NCBI GenBank assembly: GCA_950097015.1
Contig: CATNEN010000041.1
Coordinates: 3,596,001 to 3,660,000, forward strand
Direction of reading: 5' to 3'
DNA from: Macrostomum hystrix
Lineage: Eukaryota; Animalia; Platyhelminthes
DNA length: 64,000 bases
The translations under genes and the position numbers were made by a program. Within the stretch, counting starts at the first letter, position 1; every line of letters starts with the position of its first letter. The notes below the pieces were generated by a model, which made no database searches, was not told where the DNA came from, and saw only the letters and a program-made list of their open reading frames with translations. Below, one piece after another: positions 1 through 11,901 of this stretch.

Positions 1-3000
1 GCTTGCACCCGACGATCAGCGAGGAAGAGCGCGTCTATATCGAGACATCAATCGGAGAGCTGTCAACAGTGTCGGATAAGGTACACAAAAACCTTTTTCT
101 GAGTAATTAAAAGCTGTCTCGACTTCTCTTCTAGGCTTCATTAGGAATAGCAGTCTTAAGTAGCGTCTATGTTACGTGTGACCGATTGGGTTGGACTAGG
201 TTTTAATAGCGGATCCACTCAATCGTGGTATTGGGTCCCTTATGAGCACGGGGCCTTGTAGTTGAAGGTGTCCTGCTGCCTCTTGAATTGAAACATATTC
301 TGAAGTTATCAGGAAGTTTCTGCACCCTAAAGGCAACACATTAGATGCAGTAGCACATTTTTTCTAGAAAATTTCACTCGAAATGCAATAGCTTGTAGTC
401 CAAAGAAAAAAGTTTATGTGAAATTTATAATTTAATTTCATTTAATTTCAGAACATGCGCATTCCCTGGCGCAAGTTCTTCACATCAATGCCGGTTTATG
501 CCATCATTGTGGCCAACTTCGCTCGCAGTTGGTCGTTCTATCTGCTCATCACCGAGCAGACAAAGTACTTCAGGGATGTGCACAAGTACGACATGACTGA
601 AGTAAGACGATAGGACTTTGAAGAGATTCCAATCTGGGACGTTGGTGTCGGGGCAGTGTGAATGGCTGTCTGAGCTGACTTATTCGAAATCGGAATACAA
701 GACAAAGGAGCTTCATACTGTAGTTGGATAAACAGAACTCACTATTTTTTAATGGCAGCCAAAAAACAGATTTTAGTGTTATATTTTCTAGAGCGGAATA
801 TTCTCAGCCCTGCCACACCTGGTCATGGCGATCATCGTTCCGCTTGGCGGTCAGTTGGCCGACAGACTGCGAAAAAAGCTACTGACAACAACCGTGGTGA
901 GGAAGATCTTCAACTGCGGTGGTAAGTCAGTCTAGTAAGCCCAATAAACTGTGAAGCTGCAGAGACTGGGAATCTTGGAAATTGGCTGCCTTGAGGGTCT
1001 ACCATTTCCCCCCCCCCAGTTTTGCCTGGTATTCCCAGTCAAGGGTCATTGTCCAAGTTAGAATATTAGATAATCGTGACAATATTTTAGTTTCCACAAT
1101 TCTTTCAGTTTGCTGGTTAAAAATATCAGAAAATCTCTTTGGTCTGACGTTTTGAAAGCCAACAAAATACACTAGTATTTCTAATAATGCACCAATAATC
1201 ACGAGCTAAGAATTTATCGAGTAGTAACTCCCTAACCAGACAAAAGCAGAAGCAGCTGAGAGCTAAACCAATGAAGCGCGGCTATCGGGCCAGGAAGTTG
1301 TGGAGATGCAGTGAAAGGACTCTGTCTGAATAATGAGCACGCAATGCTGCATCAACAGCACCCGAGTCCCGCTCGGACAACGGCTGGCTCGAATAACTAA
1401 TCCCTGCCACTGCGAGTCGGTGGGGATAAATCTCCTCTCGTTTCAGGCACGCCCTGCAGTCACAAAAGCCCGCGGAAATCTCCAGGACACAAAAGGGTTG
1501 TGTAGGAGGGACAGCGGATAGCGACTTACAAAGGCGTGTTTGTGTTCCATGCTTAATTAAGCTGGGCCCACTAGATGCAAGGGAAGCCTGGGAGCGGTCT
1601 GGCTTGCTGCATCTGCTGCTCAGCCGACTGGAAGCTGAAAAAAATTTAATGTTTGGCGCTAATGTTAGTGGCCCAATACTTTAAAGAAGTTTTCCGTGCT
1701 TTGCTACTCGTATTTAAAGATAAAAGCCTGAACATAGTTCTCGGAGCAAATTCGCAATAAGTAGCCATCGGAATGAAGAAGCTGAGGCCCTTGGACACAA
1801 ACACGAAACTAGACAACAGTCTGGATTCAGCCACGCTGGCTGAATTTTCAATTCGATTCAGCTTAAAGGGCTAATGATACGATCCGCGAGAAATGTATTA
1901 TTGGCACTCGACTTTAAACTCTGAGATCTTTCAATATAACAGGAATGCCTTTTTAGCTATATATATCGTCCCAGGATCCAGATACTGACCCAAATTCTGC
2001 TAAGGAAAGCCAATCTGATCATGTTCTCGTGCCAGGTTCCATGTGCACGACTCACGTTCGAGCTATAAGCCCTAATAGTGCATTCAGTATCGTTTTTTGA
2101 CTGTCGCGGTAAAGTTTAAAGGCTGGCAAAATGCAGACATGCCTTGTAAGAAAAACAGAAGTTTTAGGATCCTTAATGAATTATCACAAAATTTTAAGTA
2201 CGACCTTAGAGAGCTCTTTGGGAGGGTGAAAAAATGACATTACATTTGAATTACAAAGTGACAGAAGACAGAAATACATAAAATGGATTTAGATGCAGTC
2301 TAAGGCGCTGCAAACACGTGGAATTTTTTATTCCCTCAGGCTTCGGGTTAGAAGCGATCTTCTTGCTCGGTGTGGGCTTTTCCAAGGAGCCAACCCCTGC
2401 CATTATATGCCTCACCATCGCGGTCGGATTCAGCGGCTTCGCCATTTCGGGTACGCAGTTAGCATCTCTTGTATTACTGGGAATCCAGTTCTCACGGGCT
2501 TATTACTTTGAAAGAAGTGCCCTTCTTTTTTATCTAGGCTACAATGTGAACCACCTGGATATCGCGCCTCGTTACGCCAGCATCTTAATGGGGCTATCAA
2601 ATGGCATTGGTACCTTCTCTGGCATGCTGGTGCCAGTTGTAACAGTCAGCCTTGTCCGTGACAGGGTGAGTATGCCTGGCTCTGCCTTAGTGCTACGCCC
2701 CTTGATTGACTCATTCGATTTTGCCACTATATTGCAGCCTGAAGTTCATCCAGTATTGTACGAGCGTGGGCCGCTAACCACGCACAGATATATTGTAGGA
2801 ACTGAGTAAGAATTGAGTTTGTAGTCGATAGTGCCAAAAATACTTAGAGTTATTTCAATGCTTTTTTCATTATATTTAATTGCTCAGCTGAGCTAGGGTG
2901 GTGGCTAAAGCCGCATGACACAAACTCTGCATGTACATCAGTTTTTGTGTGCAAAAGGGACAAAGTGACAAAAGGGGTAGAGAGGTGGCAGAAAGGCACA

Positions 3001-3784
3001 AAACCCCGCCAACCCCACGCACTCGCGCGGACTGTCTGCAGATATACTTGTACTAGAATGCATGCCTATAGTAAAATAACACCTTATTTGATAGATTTAT
3101 CGATCTCAACGGTTTCAAGAGACGACTAAAATGGAAGCTTTATCAGGACTAGGATTTTGTGAGGCCTGAATTTTTTAGTGCGCTCGCGCAAACTCGTAAA
3201 ACCAATTTTTAACTTATTGCTTCATAACCCCTATTAGGTGGCAGACACTGAAAGTAAAGTCTTCAATAGCTTCATTGGCGGACTAAGTATTGAGTTGCTT
3301 GCCCCTAGGCTCAATGGGCTTGAAAAATGTTATATTATAAATTATCAAAAACACTGCGATAGTAACTGCGTAATAGAATCTCGAACCGCGGTAACACCAG
3401 GAAACTGCCGAGACCCACAGTTTTCAAAATTGCATTAGAATCATTACAACATTCCAGTCACAGCAATCGTGGTCGAAAGTGTTCTTAATTGCATCCATGA
3501 TCCATTTTGTTGGCGTCATATTCTACGGAATGTTCGCCAGCGGGGAGAAGCAGGCCTGGGCCGACGAAGCTTCGGAGGCGGTTATGGACCGCCCGAACTG
3601 GAGACCCCCACCACCGCCGGTGCCACCTCCTCCGCAGGTTTCAAAAGTCAGTAATGGCGAATCGGTTCAAGGCCCTGCTGACAAAGACAAAGGCCTTGAT
3701 CAGAATGAGATACAACCTGGATTTGACACTGTGCCCACTTATGTGCAGCAGCCGCAGCAGCATGGACAGTACTATCAGTACTGA
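1..3784 (+). CDS. VGLUT: Vesicular glutamate transporter (SLC17A6/7/8, eat-4 family), 3' part; 5' exons lie upstream of the window
   Basis: Exons read by hand with GT-AG boundaries and consistent phases: <1-80, 452-601, 792-921, 2340-2450, 2538-2665, 3458-3784 (TGA). Peptides [86 protein letters not shown] and [14 protein letters not shown] are characteristic of VGLUTs. Confidence 0.95.
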
Positions 3785-6527
3785 GCCTGAAGACATGGGA
3801 CTAGCTTTGCCACCAATTATGCAGTTGGAAAACAGCATATGCTATCATTATTGCTTAGAAAATCGACAGTTTTTTCGAGCGTAAGTTAATTGGTCATTTG
3901 TACCTAGCACTTATTGTGCCGGCTGTACATAAATGTATCAGTATCACTCTGATTTTCATCTCTGCAAAAGGCATAGTAGGGGCAGAACCTCACCCGTTCA
4001 GGCATGCAAAGCATGAAGATCGCCACGAGCCACCCCTGAGTGTGTGTATTCCACTCGTAAATTTAAAAAATAATGTGAAACATTAAAAAATTTAAGAAAG
4101 CAAATTTTCTGCAAGTTTTTTCGAGTGTTTCTATAATGTGAAATCTGAAAGGAACACCACAGCGGTAGTCACAGCGAGGATGGATGGCTGAAATTCGAGG
4201 GGCAAATTAGCTGATTACCTGACTATGCCAGTGAGAGGGATATATTTTTTGAGCCGTCAGTTGTACGGTAATCAAACGCTGAAAACTCAATCATTTATTT
4301 TTCCTCGTTAAGTACCACCAAAAAATGCTACTTAAAGTAGAGTAAAACGGATAGTAAAGTGTGCAAAATCCTTTGCATACCATACCCATCAAGGCTAAGG
4401 TTAGGAATAAAACCTAATCTAGCTAGGAATACCTAGGAACCTAGGAATATCGGACTAAAAGCAAATAACTGTGTTTCGATAGCTTTTTGCTATGAAAAAT
4501 TAAGCCCTTGATAGATTATGATTGAGCGAAGCTAAAATATTCGGTATTCGATTCAGGAAATTATGTGCATAATTTTTCATGCACAAATCAGTTTTGGTTC
4601 ATATTGCGAGGATTAGTTCAGTTTACATGTGAAGATGCGAAAATATAGAGAAATATAATATATCAAAAAGTTGTCAGTGTTATCTTCGATCACGCATCAA
4701 AACTGTCTCATTGAGCCCAGTTAACAAATATCCCATATTGTGCATAATTTTATAGCAATTTATTATTCGATGTTTTTGAGAGTAGCTTATATAGTCTTCG
4801 CAAAAATTTTATAAAGCGCTTTATCAGACATAAAATTATATTAAAACATATTACATTCTGAATCTAAATCTATAGAAGTTCACATGTCTTCAGTGCATTG
4901 CACTGGTAGCGTAGTCTCACTAGATGTGCACCTTACATGCTTTAGAAACAAGCAACTGTTATAATTTCACTTTTCTCATCGTGAGATCGTGAGTGAATAG
5001 CGACATTTTTTTTATCTTCTTGGTATTTTGCACTTTTTCTAGTATTCTCTTTTTAATGTATGACGGTTATGAAAGTTAGATTTTGCATACGAGTATCATC
5101 ATAGTCAGCATATTTTCGCTGCCATCCAGTCTTAGCAATTTTAGACAGAATATATTTTATCCCACCAAATTCAGCGATTTTTAGATACAACGAATATCTT
5201 CTTAGATTTACGCATACTCTTTAATCTGATAATATACAAAGACACGTGACTTGTCGAGAAGTTTTTGATTGATGTGAGGAAATACGCTCGTAGCTAGTTC
5301 AAAATTAACTACTTGAGCGATCGAGTCAATAAACTCGCACAAGTAGCTGCAAACAGCCTAAAGAAAGGGAAAGATGATTGACGTCACTTGCTGTTCATTT
5401 AAAGCTGTCAGGAAAATAGATGCTGTGCTGCCTGACAGTATTAAGCAAAACAGTTGTTATATATATTTGTCTTATAAGCTGCACGGTGTGACCGGCAGAA
5501 TAATTTATGGGCAAAAATTACTAAGCATAACAAAAAACAAAAAATAAATTAATAAACTCGAGAAAAAAGTAAATAGATGCGATGAAAATGACGAGCAACT
5601 AGGCAATAAAAAGAACAAAAAAGTAGCTTAAAAGCAACATATGAGTAGTAAGTTAAGAAACTAGCTCAACCTGCAAAAATGCGCAACGACGATTTTCAAA
5701 CAGAATCACTGTCACTCACACTCACTCATACTCGCTCAGTCACACTCACTCACCATTCGACCACTTAATCACGACTACTCATACAGCAATTAAATGCGAC
5801 TAGGCACATGATGTGAATTTGAAGATTTGAAATAAACCAAACAAGAACAAAACAGATAAAACATAAAGCAATGGGCGCTTTATGAGAAAGCTTACTTAAT
5901 AATTACGTACCGTATAATAAAGCGCATATCTTATGATAAAGTAAAAATTAAAGAGATACTCGAAATTCGCACTGTGTTCATAGGTGTGGCTGTAATACAG
6001 CGGTTTTGCTGGTAGGTGCATTGAAAAATCCAGAAAACAGAAGCTATCTAGACACTTAATTAAAAAAATCTTAAAGTGACGTGTAATAGTGCAATATGAA
6101 AAAGCATTACATCAGTAAAGGCGCAAATTACAAGTACAAAACAGACGCATTACTGTAAGCAGCCGCCTAAAGCACACTTTAGTTCGGCGCATTGAGGAAC
6201 GCCTTAAATAATCTGTTTGCCTGAGGGCACGATTCGAACGATAAAAAACATGCAATCGATTCGTTATTTTGGTGCAACTCACGCGAAGCCATAACCTGTG
6301 ACATGAAGTATAGCTTAGAGTAGGTATAGTTGAAAGAAATAGGCGTATTCTGTTAGCATGTCTTAAAAAGGCTAGAGCTTGTGACAAAATTCCGAGAAAA
6401 ATTATACAAAGTAAAAAAACTTTTACAGAACTATGGGTTGAGACAGTTGGCCAGTCCAACAGCACTGTTGGCTGATATCGATGAGCCCACATTGTCATCT
6501 AATAGGGACAACAACCATACCCAAGCG

Positions 6528-7490
6528 TTAAACCAGCTCTCGAGCCCCAGAAGTGTTAATGTGGTCGGAAGTCTGGAAAAGCGGAGAGGACGTCAGCTCG
6601 TCTCCAATGGTCTCAGCATCGTCATTGCAGTCGTCCTCCTGCAGCTCCAGGAACATATTGCGCTCGGCAAGCGGAGCAGCAGCCCTGGCGAGCAGGCGAA
6701 GGGTGAAGGCAGCAAAGGCAAGGCCAGCAAAGAGGTAGATACACAGCACCAGCTTGCAGAGATCGCGGTTAGGCCTGTCAGCTCGGTCCGGAATGGTGAG
6801 GTCGCCAAGCCCAATGGTGGTAAGAGTGATAACACTAAAGTACAGACCGTCCATAAAGGTCCAGCGAGGCTGCTCCAGGGCGGAGAAAAAGGTTGCGGGA
6901 ACTACCAGGAATGCTAGCAGTAGGCAGGTAACGGCGGCAGCAGCAAGTACTGGTTCAGCAAGTCGGCGTCGCCCTGCAGGAAGGTAACGTCGAAGAGTAG
7001 CGTGGGCGGTGCGTGAGGGCACCCGAAGGGGCGTGGCGATGGCGGCAATGGCGAGGAAGGTAAGGGGTATGCCGATTCCGGCCAATGTCAGGCAAGCGGC
7101 CCGACCAAGCTGGGTTTTAGGGGAGGCTCGGCCGTAGCCGACTGTGGTGAAAAGGGTGACCACGAAGTGTAGGGAGCCAGCAAAGGTCCAATCGGAGCCT
7201 GGCCGACTGGAATTTATTGTGCTGCCTGTCAGTACAGCAACGCCTTTGGCACCGGCAGAGGCGAAGCTAAGCAGAATGGCATCGAAGTCAGCCTGGGAGA
7301 TGCCACAGCTGCAGCCATTCAGGAAGCTTGAACGCAAGTGTAGAAGTGAGTCGACCTGCTCAGCTTCTGCTGGCTGTTCGATGTAGGAGAACAGTAGGGC
7401 ACAGATGGGCAGGAACAGCAGGAAATAGAATAGAAGGTAGCCCACAATGCGGCAACTACAGCTGCCTGGGCTGGTTGTCACTTCAGTCAT
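6528..7490 (-). CDS. Two-pore-domain potassium channel (K2P), TWIK/KCNK1-like, intronless, about 320 aa
   Basis: Single ORF with four hydrophobic segments and two pore loops: FVVTLFTTVGYG (P1) and FSVITLTTIGLGD (P2). GLG in P2 is the TWIK subfamily signature. Likely ATG at 7490 (MTEVTT); the track start at 7511 is a non-ATG codon. Confidence 0.9.
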   Translation of the reverse strand: MTEVTTSPGSCSCRIVGYLLFYFLLFLPICALLFSYIEQPAEAEQVDSLLHLRSSFLNGCSCGISQADFDAILLSFASAGAKGVAVLTGSTINSSRPGSDWTFAGSLHFVVTLFTTVGYGRASPKTQLGRAACLTLAGIGIPLTFLAIAAIATPLRVPSRTAHATLRRYLPAGRRRLAEPVLAAAAVTCLLLAFLVVPATFFSALEQPRWTFMDGLYFSVITLTTIGLGDLTIPDRADRPNRDLCKLVLCIYLFAGLAFAAFTLRLLARAAAPLAERNMFLELQEDDCNDDAETIGDELTSSPLFQTSDHINTSGARELV

Positions 7491-7866
7491 GCTGAGGCCA
7501 GCTGAAATCAAGGCATTTACATATCACATAATTTTCTGATTCAAGGCCAGCTAGGATAGTTAAGTGTCCTTGGAATTCTGTTGCCCAAGCTTTTTACTGA
7601 CATGGTGTACATAATGTTTGGGTGTGTGCATGAGTGTGTGTTTGTGTATGTGACAATGTGTGTTACGTGGCCCACCTAATATTATAATATTACAGAGTTA
7701 ATCTTTCTAGGGATATGCATATTGCACACTTAAAGATAGCAAACAAGACAGAAGCTCTTAGATTTAGAAGGTAACTAACAATGGACATGATCCCACAATC
7801 AAAGAATTTTTTGAGTATAGCTATTATTGGTTATAGCACTTATACAACTATACAACTGATTAGTAC

Positions 7867-8889
7867 TAGAGTTCCACTGTAGCTACAGATATGGGCATGG
7901 GAAGTTACATGATACGGAGCTTTTTGGACAAAAGTTACGGATACAGATATGGTTATGGGAACTTCTGTTTCCCATATCTAGTTTCTATACCTTGAGTTGT
8001 CAAATATAGTTCCACTGAAGTGAGTAAAACAAACTGAATAGAGACAATATAGAGACAACAAGAAAATATTGAAATAGATAAAGAAACACGAAAATTCTAT
8101 AGAAACTCAAGCCCCTAAAGACTTCAAGGCTATATGCATGTTTAAGGGGATATGTGGGTGGCTATGACGAGATATAGAGAGCCTAATGAGGGCTAATGAC
8201 AAAGAGGATATGTGAAGACACTTCAGACTGCCTACAATGGGAACTCTTAATTCCTTGGTGTTTGGGACTCAAGCCCTTCAGAAATTTCTATGCCATGTGC
8301 AAATTGTGGGGAGGGATTTTCCACAGTCTGACTGTTGGTGGTGTAAAGATAGACAGGATGTCTAAGGATTAATAACGAAGGCACTTCTTTGGACTGCCAA
8401 TGATGGAAACTCTTAAGTCCCTGCTGTGGCATTGGAGACTCAAACTATCAAGAATTCAATACTACATGAATGTTGTGGGGTGGTGGGGAGGGGGTTTCAC
8501 CCCAAACCTGTTGAGTCCCATGCTTGGGTTCCCCAAGCCTTGAGTTCTCATTGGCTAGAGTCTCCCTGGCTTTGCATTTCCAGTACCCCATTGGTCCTTT
8601 GGCTTCCACTTTATATATATATTGAAAGACAAAGGGACAGACTTCTGTAGGCCTACTAAATTTAAAACTTAAAAATTTTATAATAAATGTTAGTGAAACA
8701 AAAACTGAGTTTTTTTTATTCTCTGAGTTACACATATCCATATAAGAGTACTAAATGCATGATACAAAGGTTATGGGAAGTAACGGGATTTTTTTGTTAG
8801 AGAGGAGGATATAGATAGGCCTAAGCTAAAGGAAAGTTGTGGAGATATGGATATAGATAAAGAAAATTTTTGGTTATGGTGGAACTCTA
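7867..8889. mobile_element. Non-autonomous hAT-like MITE
   Basis: 11-bp TIR TAGAGTTCCAC (7867-7877) / GTGGAACTCTA (8879-8889), flanked by a near-perfect 8-bp TSD ATTAGTAC / ATTAATAC. No transposase ORF; repeated GATATGG-type subterminal motifs. Confidence 0.7.
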
Positions 8890-9353
8890 ATTAATACAGG
8901 TCTATAGTTATTGCTATTCATATTTTTAGAACCTAATTGCTGTCTTAGCTACTTAGGAGTATGGATCAAAGAAAGCAAAAAATGACACTTTTCAGCATTC
9001 CATTAGAAACAAAATAATATTTTGATAACTAAATAAGTCATTATTCTTTTTTTCAACTGAATAAAGATTTGGAAAGCTTAGTAAAAAACATAATGACGCT
9101 TCAAAATCATAGCATGTAATAGCATCTGTAGTGAAATATTATAAGATAAAATGTGGATAAAAAAGTCATTACCATGTGAACATTATGTCAAGGGAATAAC
9201 AAGGGATATTATGAGGATAGAATGATTGGATAGTATGGTTAATTGAAATGAAAATTTGAGACAACATTGGGATAGCTAAAGTTATCTAAGCAATAAACAT
9301 GAAATTTCAAGAAAATAACAGTGATATCAAAACTGATTTGAGCCTATTTTTTA

Positions 9354-10482
9354 ACGTCTATACTTCCAGTACCAGAACCAGTACCAGAACCAGTACCAAA
9401 AAAAATTTTGTTATAGCCAACAAAATATCGACAAGCAACTAATAAAAAGAATTCTAACAGATGAAATACTTATATATCGGTCCGAAAATATCATTATTGC
9501 GAAGAAAATTCATAATTATCGACGGACTTGCGCACAACACACAAAAAAATCGTTTACTTTCACAAAACGTTTTCTAATATATTTTTTCATAGAATAAAAC
9601 ACATTTGCTCATCCAACTAAGTAAACGAATACAAAAAGCGGTTTATTAAATATCGCAACGACTAAAATCACAACTCAAAACTCATCTCACTGAATGTGTT
9701 TGTATAATTTCTTATTTTTATAATCATCGTAAACTTCAGCAAAAAAAACTATAAATATAACCTCACTTTTGCGCTTCGCAGGATTATTATACAGCTGAGA
9801 GCAAAGATAAGGAAGGAAACATTATCTGTGAAGACGGCTGTAAAATTTCAGAGCCCTGACTAGTCGAGTCTCGAAGTTGTAGACCCTCGAGCCCCCCCAC
9901 TCTGATATCTCCCATTTTAAAAGTACTTTTCGTCACCTCACTGAATCTGGTGGTCAGACGAGGCTGAAAGCTCAGTTCTGGAAGGAAACATTATCTGTGA
10001 ACACGGCTGTAAAATTTCAGAGCCCTGACTAGTCGAGTCTCGGAGTTGTAGACCCTCGAGTCCCCCCCTCTCAGATATCTCCCATTTTAAAAGTACTTTT
10101 CGTCACCTCACTGAATCTGGTGGTCAGACGAGGCTGAAAGCTCAGTTCTGGAAGGAAACATTATCTGTGAACACGGCTGTAAAATTTCAGAGCCCTGACT
10201 AGTCGCGTCTCGGAGTTGTAGACCCTCGAGTCCCCCCCACTCTGATATCTCCCATTTTAAAAGTACTTTTCGTCAACTCACTGAATCTGGTGGTCAAAAG
10301 AAGCTGAAAGCTCAGATCTGGAAGGAAACATTATCTGTGAACACGGCTGTAAAATTTCAGAGCCCTGACTAGTCGCGTCTCGGAGTTGTAGACCCTCGAG
10401 TCTACAACTGAGCTTTCAGCCTCGTCTGACCACTGGTCAGCCTCGTCCGGTATACTGGTTCTGGTACTGGAAGTATAGACGT
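9354..10482. mobile_element. TIR-bounded non-autonomous element carrying an internal tandem array
   Basis: 30-bp perfect inverted repeat ACGTCTATACTTCCAGTACCAGAACCAGTA (9354-9383) / 10453-10482. No clear TSD; superfamily not assignable. Confidence 0.65.
9811..10440. repeat. Tandem repeat, about 170-bp unit, about 3.5 copies
   Basis: Unit start GGAAGGAAACATTATCTGTGAA recurs at 9811, 9980, 10150 and 10320. The last copy ends in short inverted fragments of the unit (10400-10440). Confidence 0.95.
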
Positions 10483-11901
10483 ATTTTTTTAACTCTTTTA
10501 TATACAACTAGCAATCTAGCAATAATCTAATCTAGCAAGTTTAGCAATAACTTCTGGCTCTAACTGCTGAACCCGACATCACATCACGATACTGTATTTA
10601 TAACTGTTTGAATATAATATTCAATAATAAAATATTGGTCATTGGTAATATTCTGAAACAAAGAACATTATCGGAATATCTGTCGAAAGAACACAACTTT
10701 AACACATATAGAAACACACACACATATTTATATAAATACAGTTATAAACAGTTATAAATAATTGCCCAATGGTTTTCAATAGAGTTGCTTTTAATCGGAA
10801 GAATGACCTGCCATCGTGGCATTTGGCATGCCATCTGACTGATCTAATCGTAAGAAAGTGGTACTTTTCCTCCCGACTAAATCGATGCCATTCGGGTGAA
10901 ATTGAGGCTCTTAACGAATCGTGAATTTCGTACGATTTTCGTTCAATTTTCAGTAGATTTCTGTAGTCAAAACGACTGTCAGGGTAGTTTTTACATCTAA
11001 ACTTACAACTAGCAACTGGCCTCGAAGAAACAGTACTATTTTTGCTGCAAAACATCAGTTGATTCGCTTTTTTCTCCAAATTTCTTGATTTTTTTCTGTG
11101 ATCTTTCTTACCTACCATGTACAACAAATCCACGTACATCCAATTTTAGTGTACCCTCCAAAGCCAATCTCACAAATACGTGCGTTTGAGGCTCTCTACG
11201 TCATAACCAGTCAAAAAAATTTCTTACTTGTTCTCATATTCTGTGTTTCGCGATCAGTGAATTTAAGGCTCTCTACGTAGTATTCATTCCAAACACTACC
11301 TGTAAGCGATTGAAAAGCGCTTACATCGGTTCTCCTTTCAATCAGCGACCTTCATCTGCATTTCGACCCACCCAGCGCTCAAAATAGACCTGAGCGAGCC
11401 AGACCGGCTGACCTGACGGCCTGGAAAGCAATGACGCAGAGACCGAGAACCTATGCACCCTATCAGCCTGCGAACTCGTGCCTAGAATGCTCGGGGCTGG
11501 TGTGTTGGGTTGGAGACCATGGCAACGCGGGGCAGAGAGATAACTGCTTGTGTGTTATCTTTTATATCTCTCTCTCTCTGACCCCCCCTACTGCTAAACA
11601 CTGTGCCTTATCGCTTGAATATAAAATACACTGCTTCGTAGATATGCTCCTGCACTGAAGCTTTGAGATGTGAGTCTCACACTCATAATTGTTGGCCTCT
11701 GTGGTCAGTACGAGTTCAAGTCTTTCGGTTAGTGTCGGCAGAAGGTAGCAGGCAGCGAGAAAACCTGCTATACTACCGTTCAAGACTTTTTTAGGCTCGA
11801 CTGTCCTTTTATTTAAATTTTGGCTGTTCATCAAAACTAAAGCTAAATACTTATTTTCGACACTTGCGACTTTCTAAAATTATTGTACATTTGCCTCAAG
11901 A

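Noticed and set aside
6112-7386. ORFs 6381-6917, 6754-6987 and 7144-7386 (+) and neighbours
   Set aside because: Antisense to the K2P channel CDS.
10699-11139. 146-aa minus-strand ORF
   Set aside because: AT-rich, no recognisable motif and no splice or start support.
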